A stretch of 63,761 nt of DNA, filler included, from Octopus bimaculoides (Eukaryota), in the NCBI RefSeq assembly GCF_001194135.2. It is 5 parts of 5 records of this genome, joined end to end, with 100 filler letters (N's around TTAATTAATTAA, not from the genome) between each part and the next. Parts side by side here need not be neighbours in the genome. Positions count along the whole stretch, not along the records: positions 41,269 to 57,146 come from NC_068989.1; positions 57,247 to 63,761 come from NW_026413294.1; 3 more parts are not named here. One strand, written 5' to 3'. Both the position numbers and the translations under genes were made by a program. How positions within the stretch are numbered: position 1 is the stretch's first letter; every line of letters begins with the position of its first letter. This document shows, piece after piece, positions 50,431 through 62,011 of the stretch. The notes beneath the pieces are model-generated. The model was not told the DNA's origin. It saw nothing but the letters and a program-made list of their open reading frames with translations, and did no database searches.

Positions 50431-51715
50431 GGATGGGGCAGAGTGGATGTGGGTGACAGTCGGGTGGGTGTGAGTGACAGTCGAGTGGGTGTGGAATGGA
50501 GGTCAACATTTACAGAGTGTGCTTTTTTCTCCTCTTCTTTTTTTACCAGTCGTTTCTTATTCGTTCCTTTCATTGTTCTCGGCGCTAATACTGGTTTTCG
50601 TCGGCGCTGAGGGTGCCGTTTCCTTCCTGCTCTCGGGCTTCTCTTTAGTCTTCACAGGCGGCGGAGGACAGTCCGCTCTAATGTGGTCTTTAAGGCCACA
50701 TTTGTAGCATCCCTAACCCTAACCCTCCACTCTGACCCTGATGGTCTCGACTATATTTTTGTGGTACTCCGGGGCCACCTGGATTATCATATCCAGACTC
50801 TGCTCATGCCAGTTCTTATGTGCCGTTCTGGTGGCCTGGAGGACCACTATTTTCTCTTCCATGCCTAGCAGTAAGGCAGCTAGTAACCAGGCTACATCAA
50901 TTTCTGGGGGTATATCTTCTACCCTAACCCAGGAAGCACGTCTCTCAAGGTATATGGGTAGAAGCACCACTTCATCTGTTTTTAAGGGTGTTGCAGCGTG
51001 TAGCCTGACAGTAGCTAACTCTTGGACCGCACTTCCACCGTTCCAAACTTTCTTCCTCTGGCAAGGTAAGAAATCCCTTGCCAGATTGGTTTTAATGATT
51101 TTGAACTTGCTTCTTTTAAAACTTCTTTGGGAGAGGACACCTCTACATCGTTCCCCTCCCTACGAAGTATGTTCTTGTATTTACTGAATTCAGACAATTT
51201 AATTTCCTTGCTGTGAAGGCGCATGGCTCAGTAGTTAGAGCGTCGAGCTTACGATCATGAGGTTGTGAGTTCAATTCCAGGACCGGGCTGCGTGTTGTGT
51301 TTTTGAGCAAGACACTTTATTTCACGTTGTTCCAGTTCACTCAGCTGTTGAAAATGAGTTTCGATGTCACAGGTGCCAAGCTGAATCGGCCTTTGCCTTT
51401 CCTTTGGATAACACAGGTGACGTGGAGAGAAGCGGCCAGTGTGCATGGGCGACTAACCTTGCCCGGACGTGTGCATGGGCGACTAACCTTGCCCGGACGT
51501 GTGCATGGGAGGGTAACTTTCTAGGTGCAATCCCATGGTCAGTCATAACCGAAGGGGGTCTCTGCATATAATTTCCTTGCTGTGGCTTCTAGTCACTGCT
51601 GCAAAATTCATTTTCTTCTCCTCCACTTGTTTATCAATTGCATCAACTGACCTTAGTAATTCCTCCGAGGAGCTAAGGTATTCATAATTCATTTTTAAAC
51701 ACCAGTGCTACCCCC
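50431..51715 (-). mobile_element. Third unit of the ORF1-like element, with intact CCHC knuckle, interrupted by a SINE
   Basis: ATG at 51692: MNYEYLSSSEELL...PIWQGISYLARGRKFGTVEVR...VLLPIYLERRASWVRVEDIPP...CYKCGLKDHIRADC. Confidence 0.75.
51216..51569 (+). mobile_element. SINE family A with 15-bp TSD and internal 30-bp tandem duplication
   Basis: TSD AATTTCCTTGCTGTG at 51201-51215 and 51570-51584; A- and B-boxes present; 30-bp unit at 51439-51498. Confidence 0.92.
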
Positions 51716-52929
51716 TTCGAACAAAGTAGAAAAGCGTCAACAAAACTGCCGTAAGGCAGCAAAACAAAGTGTTTATAAAACCAGAAATGATTAAACAACG
51801 TAGTAACAATAAACAAATTGCGACTTACTGACGAATGGCTTCAACTGTAATCCATAAATGCGAGAGAATAAAAGTGATTGTTTTTTGCCTTTATTATTAT
51901 TGCGATAAAACCAACCAGAAGATACCATTATTAATTTATATTTTATGCAAATGTAAATATGATTGTGTATTGACTTGGTATAGATTGAATTAATGTATTA
52001 TATTTCAAGTCAATTAATTATATATTAAAATAGTAGAGGTTCAAGAGGATAAATTCTAAGTATTTATTTAATGGATAATCTATATCTAGTGAAAATATGT
52101 GTTTAAGTTTTTTTTGTTTTTGTTTTTTTTACTAACAATAATCTTAATATTTTATTATGATAAAATATAAAATACAAAATACTAATTGTGAAGCTTTTCT
52201 TAATTATCTCTTATAGTGTTTAAAAGTTTTATCAAACCGATGTTTACATGTGGATGATGCTTCCGAGTGTTAGTTAATTAAATTATTTTGCTTATATAGT
52301 AATATATATAGCGATTTTTATGTACATAGACGGCAAATAGATTTATGGGTAAATAGTGTAGCTGAGTCGATAATTGACCACGATAATGTTCGTGATATTC
52401 GGTTTAAATGAATGTATACGGGTTAAAAATCTTTGTTTAAAGTTAATGGAGCTCCCTACATATACCTTACTATGTGAGTTAGCAGTTTTAGTAACTGTAC
52501 ATTTATATATAACGTTGAATCTTTTGCATTTGCCTTCTAAAGGAGATGATTTTTTTATTTTTACATGTGCAATATTTAGTTATATGTTTCTTTCTGTTCA
52601 GTGGGATTAGATTTTATGGTATTAGGATTATTTATTATGATGTGTGGTATTATAGTTGAATTCGTTGTGATTCATTGTTTGTTTATTACTATTGTTATTA
52701 GATTGTGGCATTGGATTATCTAGAATCATATCATATCCAATGGTTTGAAAATTTTGAAATATATAATTATTGGAATTTTGTTGAGATTCAGTTAATGTTA
52801 TAGTATTGCTGTGTATTCCCATAATGCTACCTCTTGAACTAGTGTTATATTGAGTATTATTTGGTGTTCTAGAACTATTGTGTATTTCATTACTAGTATT
52901 ACTGTTGATAGTACTATTTCTTGAACAAT

Positions 52930-53110
52930 ATTTATATTTATTAAGTTTGCGTCTATTAGTGTTGGCGATAATTGATCCGATGTTCGGTAATGCAGAAAAA
53001 GAAATTTTAATTGTTGATATATTAGATATATGATGATGCTTATGATTATTAGGAAAACTATTTTTCACGATGTTTAGAAATTGTTTTGCGAGTCCTTTAA
53101 CATTTATTGG
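52930..53110 (-). mobile_element. Penelope-like element fragment (post-RT region)
   Basis: TIKISFSALPNIGSIIANTNRRKL resembles the Penelope TVKISYSCMPNI motif. Confidence 0.5.
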
Positions 53111-53339
53111 AAATGGAGATGTGTACTAAATAATTTCCTTATTTCCACTGATACTAGGTAATTTATTATAGTTATAAACTATTTTTGGAAATTGTATGGT
53201 ATTTCCCGAATGTTTCTTGATATTATTCTTATATTCGGTTTTATGTCTACATTTTCTAAGTTTTTTGTCATGTTTTACAGAGGTTTGATCATTTTGTATT
53301 TTTTTAATATTATTGTTAGCATATATATATATTTAAATT

Positions 53340-54200
53340 ACATGAGACCCACACTTTCTAAATATGTTGGTCACAAGAATTCAGCTTTGTCATACATGAA
53401 AATCAACATACTGATAGCAAACTTAGTTAAGATAATGAATACCGTGTGCTCCCTCCCGCCACTATGCGAACCCTATGAAACGAAGAAACATGTGCATAAC
53501 TTCATACATCGCATTCAGTTCTCTGGATATGACCAGAAAGATAGGATTCAGGTATACAGGGGAGCTAGAAAGAAGTTAAATAGCATTATATGTAATGAAA
53601 TCAGTGATACCTGCCCTAGATACAGAGGTAAAGATTGGAATACGATACAGAGGGTTTGTGACAAAGCAAACAAGGTGAGCACATGGTACAAGGCCGATAA
53701 ATATCAAGGTGTGATGTTTGTAGAGGCCACAGCCCATGAAGAACTAGCCCGAAGATTTAGAAAAGCTCTAAAGGAGACCAAACTTAAGATCGCTGAAAAG
53801 CCAGGGAGCTCCATCGGACCACAGTTATGTAGGACGTTCCTCTTTGAGAATACCACATGCATCAATGATAACTGCATGGTATGTAAGATTAATCCTGATA
53901 TTAACTGTAGAACTAGAAATGTAGTCTACAGCATAAGGTGCATAGAAGCTGCTTGTAAAGACAAGAACACGACATACATTCGTGAGACATCTAGAAGCAT
54001 TGCGGAGAGACTAAATGTCCATTTGAGACAATGTGATGACAAAAAAAATAAATAAATAAATAAACAGTCCTCTATACTCTACTAACATGCCAAAGACAAA
54101 CATGGAGGCACACTGGGTCGACTTGACCCGAAGGACCCAAGACTCAGAAAAACACAAGAGTATGTCCTCATAAATGAAACAGCCCCCACACGTAGAAGGT
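53340..54200 (+). mobile_element. Penelope-like retroelement C-terminal half with Cys linker and GIY-YIG endonuclease
   Basis: RIQFSGY...EKPG...CINDNCMVC...NCRTRNVVYSIRC...YIRETSRSIAERLNVH (YIG mutated to YIR). Confidence 0.85.
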
Positions 54201-55199
54201 AATGAAACCCCAATACCCACAGTTTATACATACACATGTAGATTGTTAGTAGGCTGTTATGTAAGCGTATCTATCTATCTATCTATCTATATATATATAT
54301 ATANNNNNNNNNNNNNNNNNNNNNNNNNNNNNNNNNNNNNNNNNNNNNNNNNNNNNNNNNNNNNNNNNNNNNNNNNNNNNNNNNNNNNNNNNNNNNNNNN
54401 NNNNNNNNNNNNNNNNNNNNNNNNNNNNNNNNNNNNNNNNNNNNNNNNNNNNNNNNNNNNNNNNNNNNNNNNNNNNNNNNNNNNNNNNNNNNNNNNNNNN
54501 NNNNNNNNNNNNNNNNNNNNNNNNNNNNNNNNNNNNNNNNNNNNNNNNNNNNNNNNNNNNNNNNNNNNNNNNNNNNNNNNNNNNNNNNNNNNNNNNNNNN
54601 NNNNNNNNNNNNNNNNNNNNNNNNNNNNNNNNNNNNNNNNNNNNNNNNNNNNNNNNNNNNNNNNNNNNNNNNNNNNNNNNNNNNNNNNNNNNNNNNNNNN
54701 NNNNNNNNNNNNNNNNNNNNNNNNNNNNNNNNNNNNNNNNNNNNNNNNNNNNNNNNNNNNNNNNNNNNNNNNNNNNNNNNNNNNNNNNNNNNNNNNNNNN
54801 NNNNNNNNNNNNNNNNNNNNNNNNNNNNNNNNNNNNNNNNNNNNNNNNNNNNNNNNNNNNNNNNNNNNNNNNNNNNNNNNNNNNNNNNNNNNNNNNNNNN
54901 NNNNNNNNNNNNNNNNNNNNNNNNNNNNNNNNNNNNNNNNNNNNNNNNNNNNNNNNNNNNNNNNNNNNNNNNNNNNNNNNNNNNNNNNNNNNNNNNNNNN
55001 NNNNNNNNNNNNNNNNNNNNNNNNNNNNNNNNNNNNNNNNNNNNNNNNNNNNNNNNNNNNNNNNNNNNNNNNNNNNNNNNNNNTATATATATATATATAT
55101 ATATGCATACACACACATATACATACATACATATGTGTATGCATATGCACACTGACGCACACACAAACAAAAGGAACGCAGCTCCGATAAAGGATAGAG

Positions 55200-55700
55200 T
55201 CAACAACTATTGAAGAGGTTGCACGAAGCAACGAAAATTTTAGAAAAAGCAATTAAATAAGTAAATGAGTGGAAATCAAACCAGTGAGTGTGTTAATTAA
55301 TAAGGCATTAAAACAGAATGACTTTCCCCAACAATATACCTACATATATATACATACATGCGAATTAATCGAAGAGAGATCAGTTAAAAAATTTTTAAAT
55401 GGGAAGAAATTAACGGTAACTGCAAATATGAACTGCAAAACCAAAAATCTGATATACTGTATCACATGAAAACTATGTTGGAGAAACGAAAGCAAAATTA
55501 ATTAACCATGTAAATGTGTATAGACACCAAATGAAATATACCTCGCTTATATGCAGCAACCACTTAGACACCGGTGCACAAGGAAAAATTCACAATATTC
55601 CTCTTTTATAAAATAAATGAAGAGAACAACCTACTTTGAAAGGTGAAAGACGAATATTTTATAAGGTCTCTGAAACCAGAACTAAACTGGAAATAATCAA
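55200..55700 (+). mobile_element. Second Penelope-like GIY-YIG fragment (different family)
   Basis: NMNCKTKNLIYCIT...YVGETK...EYFIRSLKPELN*. Confidence 0.75.
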
Positions 55701-56559
55701 CAACTTCACCTTAAACAACTTCCGCTTTATACAAAAGCCATAACACGTGTTTGATAACTTTGAGAACTGAAAGCGCTTGCACATTTATTAAAGCCTACAC
55801 AAACTTTTTGTTCAATTGTTTCCTAAAAGTTAGTACCATTTTACTCCCTAAAAGGTTTTTTCTTAATCTTATATTATAACTATATCAAGTAATTTCCTAA
55901 ATTCTCTAAATACATACATACATACATACATACATACATACACACACNNNNNNNNNNNNNNNNNNNNNNNNNNNNNNNNNNNNNNNNNNNNNNNNNNNNN
56001 NNNNNNNNNNNNNNNNNNNNNNNNNNNNNNNNNNNNNNNNNNNNNNNNNNNNNNNNNNNNNNNNNNNNNNNNNNNNNNNNNNNNNNNNNNNNNNNNNNNN
56101 NNNNNNNNNNNNNNNNNNNNNNNNNNNNNNNNNNNNNNNNNNNNNNNNNNNNNNNNNNNNNNNNNNNNNNNNNNNNNNNNNNNNNNNNNNNNNNNNNNNN
56201 NNNNNNNNNNNNNNNNNNNNNNNNNNNNNNNNNNNNNNNNNNNNNNNNNNNNNNNNNNNNNNNNNNNNNNNNNNNNNNNNNNNNNNNNNNNNNNNNNNNN
56301 NNNNNNNNNNNNNNNNNNNNNNNNNNNNNNNNNNNNNNNNNNNNNNNNNNNNNNNNNNNNNNNNNNNNNNNNNNNNNNNNNNNNNNNNNNNNNNNNNNNN
56401 NNNNNNNNNNNNNNNNNNNNNNNNNNNNNNNNNNNNNNCGGACATAATTCGGACAAAATAAATTGGTTAATAGATACCAGGGTAGCAAAGATCACAAAAT
56501 AACTGTGGTGTAACTCCTGTTTATGAGGTAGAAACTCCTTGATATTTTCGGTACTTGAG

Positions 56560-56627
56560 TATATATAAATTTAATGAATGGAGTAAAACGCATGTGCGTT
56601 TTACTCCATTCATTAAATTTATATATA
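56560..56627. repeat. Perfect 33-bp inverted repeat with 2-nt loop
   Basis: tatatataaatttaatgaatggagtaaaacgca-tg-tgcgttttactccattcattaaatttatatata. Confidence 0.92.
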
Positions 56628-57146
56628 TATATATATATATTTGTTTTTACATGACTGTACATAGGAACCAGTTTTGATTGGTTGTAGATTTCATGACGTC
56701 ACTTTATTTTGATAAAGAACCTGTTATTGTTTTGGTCAAGTTTAGCGTAGGGATTCCGTCATTAGTTTTTGCCTAATGGTCATCAACCGTTCCGGTTGGT
56801 TAGTTCCCATAAGGAGTCACTGTTTGTTTGTTTTTTTCTGAGGGTCCGGTTCTGATCGAGGCTAAAGATTCATCAGTCTAGTGTGCGGTGACATCAGCAA
56901 CTGGTGTTTGAGAAAGTGGATGGTGTTATTGTATTGTAATTTGGAGTTGGGGTTTTGAAACAATGTAGTTTTCCAAGTTTTTCGTAAACTTATATTTTCC
57001 GACGCTACTCTATCTCTTTCTCCTCCTCTATTATTTTTCCCCCTCTCGTTCTTCCTCTTTACTACTACGTATCTCGCTTTACCCCTCTCGTTCTTCCTCT
57101 GTTACTTCTACGTATCTCTTTTTTCCCCCTCGTACTTCCTCTCTTT

Positions 57147-57246
57147 NNNNNNNNNNNNNNNNNNNNNNNNNNNNNNNNNNNNNNNNNNNNTTAATTAATT
57201 AANNNNNNNNNNNNNNNNNNNNNNNNNNNNNNNNNNNNNNNNNNNN
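57147..57246. other. Artificial scaffold linker
   Basis: 44 N + TTAATTAATTAA + 44 N. Confidence 0.95.
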
Positions 57247-57263
57247 TACATATATATATACAT

Positions 57264-57294
<31 letters not shown>

Positions 57295-57304
57295 CACACA
57301 CACA

Positions 57305-58320
57305 CACATGATGAGTTTCTTTCAGTTTCTGTTTACCAAATCCACTCACAAGGCTTTGGTCGGCCCGAGGCTATGTAAGACATCTGCCCAAGGTGCCAGC
57401 AGTGTGCTTGAATCTGGAACCATGCAGTTGGAATCAAACTTCTTACCACAAAGCCATACTCACGTCTATTGTATAAAAAATTGGTAAAATTTTCAGTGCA
57501 AGTATAACCAACTTTTTGCACATAAATTTCAACAACAAAATCCTACATCGACCGCCCCCCCCCCAAATGGCTATACTGACCCCTGCTAAGATCCACTGTT
57601 TTACAGGCATCATTTCTGCCAGTCCACTATTACTTGTTTCAGTCACTGGACTGTGGCCATGATGGGGCACCACCTTGAAAAGCTTTGTACTCACAGTTCT
57701 CATTTATCTATTTATTTTCTGAAGTCAGTCTCTTTTAACAGACTACTAAGTTTCGAGAACATAAACAAACCAGCACTGTTGTCAAGCATGTGGGGAATGT
57801 AGGAGACACAGACACACAGTTTTATGTACAAAGCAGTGGTCAGCCTGGAGCCACCGAAGAAGACACTTGCCCAAGGCACAGCACAATAGGTAGGACTGAA
57901 CTGGAAACCAAGCGGATGCAAAGCAAGCGAGCTTCTTAGCCACACAGCCATGCTTGCACCTATGTGTCTCTTACGTGCTTCAGTCATTAGACTGTGGCCA
58001 TACTGGGGCACCACCTTGAAGAATTTTTAGTCAAATGAATCAATCCTAGTACTTGATTTTTTTTGAAGCTTGGTACTTATTCTGTTAGTCTCTTTTTATT
58101 GAACCACTAAGTTATGGGGACATAAACACACCAACACTGGTTGTCAAGTGGTGATGGAAGATAGACATACACACGATGGACTTCTTTGAGTTTCTGTCTA
58201 CAAAATCCAATGACAAGGCTTTGGTTCGCCCAAGGTGTCACAGAATGGGACTGAACACAGAACCGGATTGTTTCGGGGCCATGTGGTTGGGAATGAAGCT
58301 TCTTACCACACAGCCACACC
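57305..58320 (-). mobile_element. Three tandem CpG-decayed SINE family B copies
   Basis: Repeated cores at 57320, 57830 and 58190, and tails at 57630 and 57975. Confidence 0.8.
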
Positions 58321-58806
58321 CGTGACTATGTGTTGGTACTTATTTTGTAACAAACTCTTACATGGACACCCCACCAAGGACACACCCTCCAAGGGCCATA
58401 CTAACCCCAGTAAAGAACCAATGTCTAGTTTGATTATCCATCTGTAGGGGAGCTATGGACACAGAGGGAGCCAGTTGTCCAGTGAGATTCTTTGAAACAA
58501 GAGTCAATTTTAGTGAAGGTACTCCCTCAAACACGACACTTGCAACTATGCGTTGATACTTATTTTGTTATTGAAACTTGCGTGCAAACAACTGATTGTA
58601 CTTCGGTATCGGTCCAGAACAAAAGGTAACATTGACCAACTAACATCCTTAAATCATGACTGGAGAAAAATTGAACTGTTTAAGAGATTAGGTGGAGGAA
58701 ATAAATAAGCTGCTTCCTTAGCTAAATCTGAAAATTTGAATGAAGATATGAAAAGAAACAAGTAATCAGACAGGTGTTATATACAGAAAGAAAGTAGATT
58801 ACTTAC

Positions 58807-58957
58807 CTGTGATGAAAATGTACAGACTAAATAGTCACAAAGCGATAAGAAATGTATGTCAAATATGATGCCTCTTAAAGAGGCGGTACTGTAGCGTGTA
58901 CCCAGACCTGCCGTCTTAGAGTTTTCAGAATCATAAATAAAATTGTAATTTGGATAT
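58807..58957 (-). CDS. FUT8: Internal exon of alpha-(1,6)-fucosyltransferase (GT23, core fucosyltransferase)
   Basis: Acceptor tttttcttcttgcag|, donor CAG|GTAAGT, 151 nt. [50 protein letters not shown] is about 33/50 identical to my recollection of human FUT8 [50 protein letters not shown]. Confidence 0.96.
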
Positions 58958-59066
58958 CTGCAAGAAGAAAAAAAAGAATAATAATAATAATAATAATAAT
59001 GGTTTCAAATTTTGACATAAGGCCAGCATATAATACTACTACTCTTTATCATTATTATTATTAATG

Positions 59067-59136
<70 letters not shown>

Positions 59137-59244
59137 TAAATTTAAAAAGCAATTGAACAATTATATAAAAGAATGTTCTAAAATAATGATAATATATTAA
59201 AAAAAATTGTTTAAGAGGAAAAATAATAATGATAATAATAATCC

Positions 59245-59432
59245 TTTCTATTATAGGCACAAAGCCTGAAATTTTGGGGGAGGTGTTATGTAGATTACAT
59301 GGTACTTAATTTATTGAACCTCAAAGGATGAAAGGCAACGTCAACCTTGGCGGAATTTGAACTCAGAATGTAGCAAACGTACCACTAAGCATTTCGCCCA
59401 GCATGCTAACGGTTCTGCCAGCTTGTCGCCTT
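59245..59432 (-). mobile_element. SINE family C
   Basis: ggcacaaagcctgaaattttgggg...gaatttgaactcagaatgtagc. Confidence 0.75.
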
Positions 59433-59444
59433 AGTAATAATAAT

Positions 59445-60170
59445 GCATGGAATTACATGGTTAGTTCTACCATGAAACTAAAAAGACCAGGAAGCATCAT
59501 GGAGGTGGCTTAAGGGTGACCAGGAAAAGAAGATCTGAGCAGAATGTGTGGGAAGAAGGTGAAAAGCATGATTCACATTGTTAGTGCTTGCACAGAAAGA
59601 GTAGAAGTGCAGACATGACAAGGTAGGCCAAAACCTTCACTGGCTACTACGCCAGAAGGACGGATCCAAGATAACAGGTGCTTGGTACCAACATACACCG
59701 GAAAAGGTTATGGATGAAAATGGGAAGGCAAAAATGCTTTGGGACTTTGACTCCAGACAGACAAAGTGTTAGAGCACCAAAAGCAGGATAGGGTACCCTT
59801 TAGAAGGGATAAATAAGAGTACCAGGAGATCAACTTTATCATCATGAAAGAAAGAGAAAGGTTGACAAATATGGAGACCTGAGAATTGATATCACCAAGA
59901 TGTGGCAGCTGTGAGAGTCAAACATAAAAGTTGTCCCTGTTGTCATCGGAACATTGGGTTCAATACCACCCAACCTGAAGAAACATCTGGAAGCTTAAGA
60001 AATACCTTACGATCTAGGTGTATTGCAGAAATTTGCTCTACTAGGAACTGCAGGCATATTGCATAAAGTACTGTGTGTCTGAGCCCCTTGTTGTGACTTG
60101 ACAGACAGTAAAAAACCCCAGTAGACACAATGTCTTCAATTTACAATATTGGATACTGTGTGAAGTCTTC

Positions 60171-60199
<29 letters not shown>
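59445..60199 (+). mobile_element. R4/Dong-like LINE 3' fragment with (TAA)n tail
   Basis: WYQHTPEKV...AKMLWDF..QTDKVLEH...VVPVVIGTLGSIP...LQKFALLGTAGILHKVL*; tail at 60171-60199. Confidence 0.8.
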
Positions 60200-60201
<2 letters not shown>

Positions 60202-60423
60202 TATTCAGACAAATACATAACAAAAACACCAGGACTTACAAATATATATAACATACAGAAAATTGCACTACTGGGCACTGCACACATCCTACGCAAAACA
60301 CTTTCAATACAGTAACCATAAGAGCACCACAGCACATACCCAAGGCGCACAGAGCTGCGCTCGGTAGTGAAGTGAAAGCACGTTATAAAAATAAAACTAC
60401 TGAATAATAATAATAATAATAAT
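60200..60423 (+). mobile_element. Second R4/Dong-like LINE 3' end (different family) with (TAA)n tail
   Basis: KYSDKYITKTPGLTNIYNIQKIALLGTAHILRKTLSIQ*, then 3'UTR ending ...aaaactactgaataataataat. Confidence 0.85.
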
Positions 60424-61403
60424 GGTTTAAAATTTTGGTACAAGGCCAGAAAATAATAATACTCTATTTTAAAATTTATTATTATTATTATTATTAGTAT
60501 TATTAATAATGAGAATAATAATAATAATAAATCTAAAAAGTAATTGAAAAATTAAAAAGATGAAATAACGTTTTAAAATAATAGTAATATATAAAAAAAT
60601 TGTTGAAGAAGAAAAATAATGATGATGATGATCATAAAAATAATAATAATAATAATGACAATTACAACAGTTTCAAAATTGCAAATAAAACAATAAATTC
60701 AGGTGACTACAAAAAAAAAATGCAGGAGAGACACTAACGAAAATACGACTGCTGCTGCTGCTTCTGTTACTATTAAGAAGAACAGGCATTAAAAACACTT
60801 TAAAAAGAAATCACCAGAATGTAATGTCTAGATATTCCTTAAAACACACACACACACACACACATCAACCCCATTGCCCCCCCCCCTCAAAAAAAAAAAA
60901 GATGATTAAACCAAAATTCTAAAATAAACAAAATGATGAATAAAAAAAAAACAAAATGAACCTGAAATATATTTTCCTTACATTTCATGTAGTTTTCAAA
61001 TGTTTTTTTTTCTTTTTTCTTTTTAAACAGATTTTACTATCATCATCATCATCATCATCATTATTATTATTAGTATTTTTTTTTGTGTGTGTGTGTGTGT
61101 GTGTGTCTTCTGTTACTAGCAGGCTTGGGGAATTTGAAAGAAACATTAAGTTTATTACATGAAGCCTTGCTCTTGCTCATTGGAAGGGAGTGAGGGATGG
61201 CAGTGGTGGTGGTGGTCATGGCGGAGGGGATAGGATGTTGAATATTTCGAAACAGATACTTATTACTTTGCATTATATTTTTGCTTATATCTCTCACCAC
61301 ATTTCAACATTTATGTATGTATAATATATACATACACACACACACGAGCACACACAAATGCACACACCATATATATATATATACACACACATACACATAT
61401 ATG

Positions 61404-61449
<46 letters not shown>

Positions 61450-61637
61450 TATATATACATATATACACACACACACATATGTATATATATATACACACAC
61501 ATATATGTATACACATATATATATATATATAATACACACACATTTATGTATACATATATATACATATATATAATACACACACACACATATCTATACACAT
61601 ATATACATATATATAATACACACACACACATATCTAT

Positions 61638-61682
<45 letters not shown>

Positions 61683-61827
61683 NNNNNNNNNNNNNNNNNN
61701 NNNNNNNNNNNNNNNNNNNNNNNNNNNNNNNNNNNNNNNNNNNNNNNNNNNNNNNNNNNNNNNNNNNNNNNNNNNNNNNNNNNNNNNNNNNNNNNNNNNN
61801 NNNNNNNNNNNNNNNNNNNNNNNNTAT

Positions 61828-61876
<49 letters not shown>

Positions 61877-61980
61877 CATACATACATACATACACAAGCA
61901 CACACCATATATGTGTATGTGTCAGTACACATGCACACCTGTGTATACATATATACACCTGAGTTTTTGTGAACTATAAA

Positions 61981-62011
<31 letters not shown>

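Noticed and set aside
50713-50727. Telomeric repeat inside the ORF1-like unit
   Set aside because: Only 2.5 units, in a region encoding RVRV (AGG GTT codons), so probably coincidental.
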